From Podarcis muralis (taxonomy: Eukaryota), in contig NC_135658.1 of NCBI RefSeq assembly GCF_964188315.1, positions 28,954,001 to 29,018,000 on the forward strand: a stretch of DNA of 64,000 nucleotides, given 5' to 3'. Of this stretch, positions 50,916-61,414 are shown in pieces. The notes beneath the pieces are model-generated. The model was not told the DNA's origin. It did not search any database and saw only the letters and a program-made list of their open reading frames with translations. Made by a program: the position numbers and the translations under genes. The stretch's first letter is position 1. Every line of letters starts with the position of its first letter.

Positions 50916-51169
50916 TTGAATGGTTTCTTTAAATTTTAGGTTTCATTATTGTTTCACAAGATGTGTATGTCTTTAAGGGCCAGAGCAAATAACATGGCCT
51001 AGTTTTACAGCTGTGAAGCAGTATAGCAGGTGCTGTTAAGTTATGTTAATTAAGCTGTTGGGTATAGTATATAAAGAGCAGCATGTAGCTCTCTCAGTAC
51101 CCTGGTGGATGGGTCACACTTATTGATATAATGTAATTTAGTGTAAAAGGAGTTTTTGTTTTGTAAGCC

Positions 51170-51394
51170 AAGTTACAGGGAACTAGGCAGAGGGCCTTCT
51201 CGGTAGTGGCACCCTCCCTGTGGAACGCCCTCCCACCAGATGTCAAAGAGAACAACAACTACCAGACTTTTAGAAGACATCTGAAGGCAGCCCTGTTTAG
51301 GGAAGCTTTTAATGTTTGATGTATTACAGTATTTTAATATTTTTTTGGAAGCCGCCCAGAGTGGCTGGGGAAGCCCAGCAAGATGGGCGGGGTA

Positions 51395-51425
<31 letters not shown>
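51170..51425 (+). mobile_element. L2 LINE 3' end
   Basis: RQRAFSVVAPSLWNALPPDVKE motif, 3' UTR and (TAAA)n tail. Near-identical to 421-738. Confidence 0.85.
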
Positions 51426-51480
51426 ATGATGATGATGGTGATGATGATGATGATGATGATGATGTTGTTGTTGTTGTTAT
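51393..51480. repeat. Compound microsatellite (TAAA)n-(GAT)n-(GTT)n
   Basis: Read directly; it begins as the L2 tail. Confidence 0.9.
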
Positions 51481-51579
51481 TTGTTATTAAACCAAGCAAA
51501 AGTTACTTTTGCATTTCTTGAATGTGTGGTCTCCCCAGCACGCCTTCTGCTGCCCAACTAATCTGCAAAAAGCCAACAG

Positions 51580-51680
51580 TTCATACACACTTCTTCACAT
51601 ACAAGAAATGTGCATGCATACGAAAGCTTATACCAAGAACAAACTTAGTTGGTCTCTAAGGTGCTACTGGACAATTTTTT
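51580..51680 (+). mobile_element. Penelope-like element terminal fragment with degenerate hammerhead-like motif
   Basis: catacaagaaatgtgcatgcatacgaaagcttataccaagaac...; inverted partner at 50852-50906. Confidence 0.6.
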
Positions 51681-52900
51681 TATTTTTTTATATGATCATC
51701 ATCATCATCATTTTGCAGTTATAACAAAATTAAAATAACCGCCAACCCCAACCCAACAAAAACAAAGCAGAGGAACCAAAATTAAAACTATTTAAAACAT
51801 TTCAAAACATTTTAGCTGGTTGTCCCAACCCAAGAGTTGTTCCAGCAATGTCCCTCTGGCCTCCCAGGAGCCTCTTTTGGCCTCACCCTCTAGGACAGGT
51901 GGAAATGGGCCTTGCAGCAGGAGCACTCACAGGGATTGAGACAGGGACCTCCTGGATGCAAAGGATGATCTACTGCTGAGCTGCAGCCCTTCTCCACCTA
52001 AAGACTACATGGAACCCACTTATAGGATATAAATTCACCTCAGAGCTGTAGAGCTTCAGAATAATGACTTCTGGGAGAAGTAGAGAGAAGAAACACCATG
52101 GTGCCTTCCCACTTTCTTCCTAAAGCTGGGAAAGTACTAACAAGGGCTTTGGGAAGGAGCTCTAGGACCCAGTCAGAGCCCTCATGCCTCCTTCCCAAAG
52201 CCCAGTGCCTCACTTTTCTGGCCTTGCGAAGGCAGGCGGAGGGCTGCAAGGGTGCATCAAATGTTGCCAAGGGCCACCAAAAAAACCTCTTGAGGGCCAC
52301 ATGCGGCCTTTGGGCCACATGTTGGACTACCCAGTTCTAGACCAATAAATTGATCAATTTATTGAAATTATTATATTCTATAACAATCAATAATAATATT
52401 TGAAATTAATATAGAGTTGAAACTTTAGCATTTACATCTTACGTTTGGCTTCTTCATGACAGGCGAAGGAGGATAGTGTTTGTTTCACGAAGCTGTCAAG
52501 CAGCTGTGCTGTGATTTGGATACCGAGTGACACTAGTACTTATTGCCAATACCAAGAAGTTCCTCCTAGGTTCACAGAACTACTTAAATCAAGATTTTAA
52601 GGCTTGGGAACAGCATCCCTGCTCTCCTTCCAGAAACCAAAGGATGCACTTAGAAGAAGGGAACTGAGAGGCAGAACCTTCACCAACCTCCTTTTTGGCA
52701 ATGGAAAGGGCATTTGTAAAACACAAGCTAGAAATATTCTCAATAAACAATGAAATTGTTTATTTCCTGAAAATGGAAGTGCCGCCAAGTTCTGAACGTA
52801 TTGATTCTCACTGATTTTAAGTAGGTTTTCTTCTAAATAGCAGTGTAATCCTATGCTGCCCTACTCCACTGCTTGGTGAAAGTTCCCACACTCTCAAGAG

Positions 52901-53125
52901 CAGGGATGTCCAATCAGTAGATTGCAATCTACTGGTAGATCCCTGGCTATCCTTATCATGTACAAAAAGTTACTCTGTGCAATCCTCCCCCAAAAAAGCT
53001 CAACAACTCTGGGCAATCCACCCACCCAACGCGTGCTCCTCCTCCCTCCAATGACAATGGTAGATCACGGGTAGTTTTTTTATACTGGGAGTAGATCGCA
53101 GTCTCTTGGGTGTTGGACATGCCTG
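52901..53125. mobile_element. hAT-type MITE (225 bp)
   Basis: TIR cagggatgtccaa / ttggacatgcctg, TSD ctcaagag / ctctagag (7/8). Confidence 0.85.
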
Positions 53126-54111
53126 CTCTAGAGAGAAGACAAGGCTAAGAACAGCCCCTTCTGTTTAGCAGGTATCAGAACAGCTCTGTCCCTCTAGTGG
53201 TGGTTCAAGTCTGTGGCACCAGTGGAAAACTGGGATGGAGGATGCTAAGTTACCGGTATCTTGAGAGGCACCAAGACAAGGTTTCTTCGGAATAGGATGC
53301 TGTCATGGCACAGCTCTTTTCTTGCAATCTTGGGGTTAATGCGGGACACAGGGTCAGGGCAAAGTCATTGCTTACTTTAATAATTTTACACACTATGTTT
53401 ATAGTTTACCATAAAAAGAAAAAACGAGGCACTTATTTGATACAAAAGGGCTGCCATATTAGATCAGAATGATCTCCAGTTGCCTTTCTACCCTATGGTT
53501 TTATGAAAACCACGTGGAATCAAAAACTTGATTCACGTGATCTCCTCACCCCCATTACCACTTCTGAGACGGAAATAGTATGCATGGGATTCACCTAACA
53601 AATCCCGAGAACAGAAACCCTGCACAAGGACTTCTCCTTGTGCAATGGGGCTTCCCTTCCCTTCCCCGTGTGCCCCCTTGCCCCCTAAATTGGCTCAGGG
53701 ATGGGGAGAATCCCCAGAACAACACGGGAGAGGGGGATCGTTCCATCTGGCAAGCTGAAATGTTGGTGCTAATGGAACATTCATCTTAGCATGATGCTCA
53801 CGTCCTCCCTATGAGATTTGGGCACTTGTATGCATGGACATCCACCTAGAGCACCTACATCAAATGTTGTATGTGGTTTAGCAGAGCGGCATGCAACTGT
53901 TCCTGCATACATAAAGGCCATTATTGCTCAGGGAAGCATCTCATAGCACCAAAGTACACTTGGTGATCATGGGCCAGATGGTCACTTTTCCTTCAGCTTA
54001 ACCTACCTCACAAGGATAAAATGGGAAGCAGAGAAAATCATGCATGCTATCCTGAGCTTCTTGGAGAAAAGGCAAGATATAACTATAATAATACTCCTGG
54101 ATAAGTGGGTA

Positions 54112-54618
54112 GTTTGTTGTTGTTTTGTTGTTTAGTCATATAGTCGTGTCCGACTCTTCGTGACCCCATGGACCAGAGCATGCCAGGCATTCCTGTCTTC
54201 CACTGCCTCCCGGAGTTTGGTCAGACTCATGTTCGTAGCTTCAAGAACACTGTCCAACCATCTCGTCCTCTATCGTCCCCTTCTCCTTGTGCCCCCAGTC
54301 TTTCCCAACATCAGGGTCTTTTCCAGGGAGTCTTCTCTTCTCATGAGGTGGCCAAAGTATTGGACCCTCAGCTTCACGATCTGTCCTTCTAGTGAGCACT
54401 CAGGGCTGATTTCCATCAGAATGGATAGGTTTGATCTTCTTGCAGTCCATGGGACTCTCAAGAGTCTCCTCCAGTACCATAATTCAAAAGCATCAATTCT
54501 TCGGCGATCAGCCTTCTTTATGGTCCAGCTCTCACTTCCATACATCACTACTGGGAAAACAGTAGCTTTAACTATACAGACCTTTGTTGGCAAGGTGATG
54601 TCTCTGCTTTTTAAGATG
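54112..54618 (-). mobile_element. BovB LINE, 5'-truncated copy U1 (~500 bp)
   Basis: BovB 3' end with (CAA)n tail, bounded by aagtgggta (54103-54111) and aaatgggta (54619-54627). Confidence 0.95.
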
Positions 54619-54627
54619 AAATGGGTA

Positions 54628-55567
54628 TTTGTTGTTGTTGTTTCGTCGTTTAGTCGTGTCCGACTCTTCGTGACCCCATGGACCAGAGCACGCCAGGCAC
54701 TCCTGTCTTCCACCGCCTCCCGCAGTTTGGTCAGGCTCATGTTGGTAGCTTCAAGAACACTATCCAACCATCTCATCCTCTGTCGTCCCCTTCTCCTTGT
54801 GCCCTCCATCTTTCCCAACATCAGGGTCTTTTCCAGGGAGTCTTCTCTTCTCATGAGGTGGCCAAAGTATTGGAGCCTCAATTTCACGATCTGTCCTTCC
54901 AGTGAGCACTCAGGTCTGATTTCCTTAAGAATGGATGCGTTTGATCTTCTTGCAGTCCATGGGACTCTCAAGAGTCTCCTCCAGCACCATAATTCAAAAG
55001 CATCAATTCTTCGGCGATCAGCCTTCTTTATGGTCCAGCTCTCACTTCCATACATCACTACTGGGAAAACCATGGCTTTAACTATACGGACCTTTGTTGG
55101 TAAGGTGATGTCTCTACTTTTTAAGATGTTGTCTAGATTTGCCATCGCCTTTCTCCCAAGGAGCAGGCGTCTTTTAATTTCGTGACTGCTGTCACCATCT
55201 GCAGTGATCATGGAGCCCAAGAAAATAAAATCTCTCACTGCCTCCATTTCTTCCCCTTCTATTTGCCAGGAGGTGATGGGACCAGTGGCCATGATCTTCG
55301 TTTTTTTGATGTTGAGCTTCAGACCATATTTTGCGCTCTCCTCTTTCACCCTCATTAAAAGGTTCTTTAATTCCTCCTCACTTTCTGCCATCAAGGTTGT
55401 GTCATCTGCATATCTGAGGTTGTTGATATTTCTTCCGGCGATCTTAATTCCGGCTTGGGATTCATCCAGCCCAGCCTTTCGCATGATGAATTCTGCATAT
55501 AAGTTAAATAAGCAGGGGGACAATATACAGCCTTGTCGTACTCCTTTCCCAATTTTGAACCAATCAG
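54628..55567 (-). mobile_element. BovB LINE, 5'-truncated copy U2 (~940 bp, includes YADD)
   Basis: DWFKIGKGVRQGCILSP...LRYADDTTL...KSRTRLND, bounded by aaatgggta (54619-54627) and aagtgggta (55568-55576). Confidence 0.95.
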
Positions 55568-56613
55568 AAGTGGGTATAGGACAACCCAAATTAGTGTTCA
55601 TATGGAAGTGTAAACGGTTAGATGACTTTTCTTCAAATGTGCCAGTTACATCAAAACATTTTACACACTGTACTAATATGTCCCATGCTATAAAACTAGC
55701 AGCAGGATCGAGCAATAACTGTATTATTATTTATAAGACATTAGTACCAAAACAATAGGAAAGGCAGTAATTGTTTGATGCACGTTACTCCTTGCAAATA
55801 CCAACTCATTACAGAAGTGTTATTTTTTTAATTTACTGGAATCTACCTATTTCTACAAAGCACCTTAGGCTACATATCTATTGCATGGAAGATGCTACAT
55901 TAGTTGTCATGATTATATTACAGAGTTAATTAATGCCTCAGAGCGTATTCACAGTTTTATGTAGTTGGACTTCTGCTTAAAACAGTGATAGCATCAAAGG
56001 CTTCAATGAAATGCTAAAATTACTTCTCATCTATTTACTGTGCACATTTAAGAAGGCTCCTGAGTCTGGTGATAGCTGACAGACCTCTGTTCAGTTCCTA
56101 ACTTTGGGAGTGGACCACAGACTGAATCATTTCATACTTTATTGCGTCAGTGTTTCTCTTTACAATGTTCATTCACAGGGCGTGAAGTGCAATAGCTTTT
56201 CTAAAGAAGCCACAACAAACTCCTGTGATGGAAGGTGGCAACTCAGATGGCTTGTTCTAACCTCCCCCATGAAATAAATTACAACCCACACCATTAAAGC
56301 ATATTGTTACAATAAAACTCTAAAGGAATTTCTACTCCATGTTTAGGTTGGTGCTCACAAAACTGTCTGGTAAAGTAACGCTAATGCAGTTGAGTGCAAT
56401 GGCATTGTTCAAGAAGAACGTTGAAGTCAGACTTCCGTGAGTGATGAATGCTGGAAGTCTCCCAAAACTGGGGAAGAGTGAAGTAGCCACACTAGGTCTG
56501 CAAAGCATTACAAAAGAACAGTGTGGTGCAAGCAGTATACAAATGGAGACCGGCATGTGAGCAGGATGGTGGCTCCAGTGGAAAGTAGTAGAATACAGAA
56601 GGACTAAGGATTA

Positions 56614-56872
56614 CCGTATTTTTCGCTCTATAAGACGCACCAGACCACAAGACGCACCTAGTTTTTGGAGGAGGAAAACAAGAAAAAAAATATTCTGAAT
56701 CTCAGAAGCCAGAACAGCAAGAGGGATCGCTGCGCAGTGAAAGCAGCAATCCCTCTTGCTGTTCTGGCTACTGGGATAGCTGCACAGCCTGCATTCACTC
56801 CATAAGACGCACACACATTTCCCCTTACTTTTTAGGAGGGGAAAAGTGAGTCTTATAGAGCAAAAGATACGG
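56614..56872. mobile_element. Tc1/mariner-pogo superfamily MITE
   Basis: TA-ccgtatttttcgctctataagac...gtcttatagagcaaaagatacgg-TA. Same family as 17586. Confidence 0.88.
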
Positions 56873-57019
56873 TATTTCTTAGCTGCAACCTAGAGCGTAT
56901 ATAGGAGTTTGTTACAGGAGAAAGAAGCAGAGAATATATAAACCCCAGCAAGCATGGCCAGTGACCAGGAACGATGGGAGTTGTAGTTCAGCAACATCTG
57001 GAGGGCCAAAGGTTCCCCA

Positions 57020-57200
57020 ACACTGTGGTGCACCAGCTCTATGGCATCAGGAAGCGGTGGGCTAGCTCCTTCACTGGAGGGATATAAGCAGAGGCTGGAT
57101 AACAATCTGTTATGGCTGCTGAATTTCTGCAATATTCCTGTACTTAGTAGGCCTACATGATCTCCCAAGGTCCTGGTCCAACTCTAAAATTGTATGATTT
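57020..57200 (+). mobile_element. Degraded CR1 3' end
   Basis: ctccttcactggagggatataagcagaggctggataacaatctg...ggtccaactctaaaattgtatgatt. Confidence 0.6.
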
Positions 57201-60200
57201 TATTATTCTATGTATCTCTTGGGAAAAGAACAGCAGGAAAAGCTACAAAAGGAATGGAGCTTTCTATTTTTCACAAAGAAATAAAGATGTTTCTTCCTCC
57301 CCCCCCCCCCCAGACCCGGATTTTAATGGTGAGTGAGAGGCTTTATAAAGGATTTCAATCCAAGAAAGAGGTGGAAAGAAACAGCACGATCAAACTCTTT
57401 CAAAAAACCAAACTTTGAAATCCAGAGAGATACTGATGTGTTTTAGAGGCGAGACAGCTGCTGTATGTAAACTGTCTGACAATTTCTTGTAAAAAAGAAT
57501 ACTCCTGTGCAAGCGGATTTTTACATGTAAAAGCTCAAAGACACCCACACACAATCCTCAGCTCAGCAGAATGATGTATCCGCTTCCCCCCTCCATTTTG
57601 AACATCAGGGGGATTATCTGCCTGCATTTTAAGAACTGTAGGTTTAAGGGGATAACGATGCTATAAAATATTTCTTTTGATATTAAAAGCATTAATGGAC
57701 CTTATGCTGACATGTCAGTTTGGCACAAAGAAGTGCTGTTTATAGGCTCAGGGAGAAGGAATGACAGCAGTGACAATGGCTTCCTATCACACAGGCTGAA
57801 GATCAACATTATATCCAAGCAAGTAATATTCTTCTCTCTCTCTCTCTCTCTCAACTGTGTGTGGGGGGGGGGGGGAGAGAGAGAGAGTATAATGTTTGTG
57901 TAAACATTGACCTTATAATAAGGCCATACAATTAAATTGCACAGCAATCATATGCATGATTACTCAGAATTAAGTCCCACTTGGTTCAACAGTCCTACAT
58001 ATATCCTACTAGTGCCATTAAGTTCAATAAGATGTATTTCTGCTTGAGCCCAGGATACAGTCACTGCAAGAGGTTTCTTTTGTAGGTATGATATAGAAAA
58101 AATTACATGAAATTTCTAGGCACCTATCCTCTCCACAAAACTACTGTGATTCACAGATTTCACCCGGCAGTAAAAAATTCAGGTAGCTATAGTTCTTGCT
58201 ACTCCATAGCCATTTTATGTAGATTTCTTCACTGCAACATGCCTAAAAGAGACCAGGAGCAGTCCTTCCTTCAAAGATGCATTTATAATGAATATTATGT
58301 CATCAGCCAACCCTACCCCAAACAAGCCACTATTATCCTGGTGGTTAATTACCCACATGGTTCCAAGAATCCCATTCATAGCAATTGTGAGAAACAGAGG
58401 CTCATTTCCAGATTCTGTGTGTGAAGAAGCACCATAGTCCAACTGGGATGCAACAGATGTGTTTAAATAAATGTTTTTATTTCAGTTTTTATAAGACTAA
58501 ATAACAGTGCATTATAGAATGGCCATCTCATTCATATCAAGGACACAAGCTATTTTGCCAGCAAAAGTGCTCTGCAAATCAGGAGGAGATGCAACAGTCA
58601 TTATTTTCACCAGAGGGATCAAATGTAACAAACCGCACACTATTTAGAACAGCTCTGATGGACAACCCTGTGCTGATATTGTTATGTACTGACAGATATA
58701 ACGGTGGAGGAGAAAGACATAGACCACTTCTGGTCTTTCTACGGTTACCCACTGATTGATTTTTATGTGATAAAGTAATAATGAGAACTGAACGCCTCTT
58801 GGCATTGACTTGACTGCTGACAGTTGAAGATGTCATATTTGAAGTGATGCAGCAATAGGGGGTTGCTGCCAGTTACTGCTTCTAGCCAAACAGATGTTTC
58901 ACTTTAGGTTCTTAAGGGGTCACAAGATTAAGGGCAGAGTAAGTGGATGAGCAAATGAGCAGGAGAAAAAGATGGGGTGGGGGGCACAAATGGAAAACAC
59001 CAGAAAGCTGAAAAGAAAGAGGCGGGAGGGGGAGAGGTGAAGCCACAAAATGATGCTCAAAAGCTGAAACTGTGTTGGAAGATAGAAAACAACCAACATT
59101 TCCACTTGAACCCAAATATACACATCACAGAGATTCAGTCAAAGCATAATGCTTCAAAATCCAAATTTCATTGAATCAACACAATAAATGGAATCTCTTT
59201 GCCCCTGCAGAAAGATGGGTAACTACAAAGTTGACCATTCAAAGTCTGAGATAAGATGATGAACCTGATTTAGTTTAGTGCAAACTGTGAAGCCCAAGCC
59301 ACTTCATTTTTGCATAGTTGAGAGATGTATGCTATCAGTCTCTAAGGTCAGCTTCAAAACTAAACCCAGCACAATCCACACTGACAGTGCCAGCTTCAAA
59401 AGCTCTGAACGGGCATCTGGGTCTCCGAGATGCTTTAGCAGTATATGAAAAGATAAAGGATGGCAGAAAGGTGAAAGGTGCCAATATAATTGCAGTTTGC
59501 CACTCATCTGCTCCTCCGAAGGCAACTGCTATTTGCCACAGGCAAAGTTATGACCTGGTTTCATTCTGTAAGAATTTACATATAGCATGCAAGCATCCAG
59601 GCCCATAAGATTATTCAAGATACAGAAACAGCCTCCCATAATCTGCCTTTTTTTACAAAAAAAAAATGCTATGTACATATGGCTAATGACAAAAATAGTT
59701 CAGAGAACTAATCTGCATGATAAAATAAATATGGTGTTGTATCAAGTGTACAGTGTAAATGGTAAAAACTGAATATGTGAACATCTGACAGGCAACATCT
59801 TTGTATCATTTACAGAAACTAAATATTTCCATTTTCCCAAAACAGAAAAGCATGCATTGATGGAAGTTTATTCTGTGTCAGATGACTCTCTTGTTTTGCT
59901 CATTTGCTGGCTGATTTATCCTAAGAACATAATATTAGGACATTCAACTGAAGTATTCTTTGTAAAAAAAAAAAAGTATTACTCTGGCTTTCTGCCACTG
60001 GAAAACATTACTCCAAGGGTCTAAGTCTTTAGAAGAAGCTGCTATGAGTGGGATCTCTTCATTATAGTTTACTGCAGTGACCTAGAATCCAAATGTAGAT
60101 GTTCAAATCTGTCCTAGCCGGGAATTTGTTCCAGTCATTTAATAATCCCTCTGAATTTGTTAGCTTCCATGAAACACTACAACAGAAGGATTAGCGCATA

Positions 60201-60460
60201 CTTCTTAGCTTGATAACATTTGCTCTGCCCCTACAGCAGCAGCACTCTGTCGTTTGAAGATATTTACTTCATGTACGTGCATAAAAGCCAAGTTGTTGTT
60301 CCAGAGTGAGCTTTGCTTAAGCCCTTTACCAACCACAGATCCATTATTTCATTTGTTTTCTATTTAAATCAGTTTTCTCCGCCTTCTAAACTTTACTATG
60401 CCAAGTTTACATAATTTGAGGAGAAATAGAACCTGAGAATCTGAATGTATAACCAAAGAA

Positions 60461-60691
60461 CCGGTCCACCATCCCTCAGACCATGTGGTGGGCCGGACTA
60501 TTTTTTTTTTTTTGGGGGGGGGGGGTAATGAACAAATTCCCATGCCCCACAAATAACCCAGGGATGCATTTTAAATAAAAGCACACATTCTACACATGTA
60601 AAAACACGCTGATTCCCGGACAGTCTGTGGGCCAAATTGAGAAGGTGACTGGGCCGCATCTGGCCCCTGGGCCTTAGGTTGCCTACCCCTG
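60461..60691. mobile_element. hAT-type MITE lacking its left TIR
   Basis: Interior matches 22814 and 36108. Right end gttgcctacccctg is present; the left terminus is absent. Confidence 0.8.
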
Positions 60692-61414
60692 GTATATCCT
60701 CTAATCCAGGGATGTGGAATCTGTAGCCCTTGAAATGCAGATGGACTACAACCACCATCATCTCAGACTATTGGCCATGCTGTCTGAGTCTGATTCGAAA
60801 TTGGGTTTCCCCACTTTTTTGTCCCTGAAAAGGCCAATCAGTAGGGAAACACGAAGCTTTCAGGCTCCATACAGAAGGCTCTAAAGCTAAAATTATAAAT
60901 AAGGAGTCATTTACTGGCCCTCAAAGTTGTCAGTCAACAGCTACAAGACCAAACTCCCCATCATGCTCTTCTTGTGGGATCCATACTTTCTACATGTAAG
61001 TGGTTGAGGGAATGCAACTGCAGTTAAGCGGTATACAAATAATTGTGGAAATAAAAAAGAAAACAAATAATGGGCTAGTAAGTAAGAAGCAAACACACAC
61101 AAAAACATTATTGATAAATACTTTTACCATTTCTTACGCTTCAGATCTCCCACTTGCAATATATAAAAATACAGTGTTCAGAGCTGGCAGTCAGCCCGAA
61201 TTCTAAGCCTTTTAGGAGCCCAGAACATACAAAAAGCACTGCCTTGGCTACCCCAATACAGACAAAAGGAGCAAAAAGCTCCTACCACAAGAGGATGAGA
61301 GGTTTTTTTGTGTATTATTATTGTTTCTGCATGGAGCAGAATGGAGATAAGAGGATGGTTTAAGACATGAATTCTGCCACCAAAAAAACCAATTTCCTTG
61401 TCATTGCTGGTTTA

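Noticed and set aside
53621-53644. Perfect 10-bp hairpin TGCACAAGGA-CTTC-TCCTTGTGCA
   Set aside because: Too short to be significant in 64 kb, and probably part of a degraded repeat.
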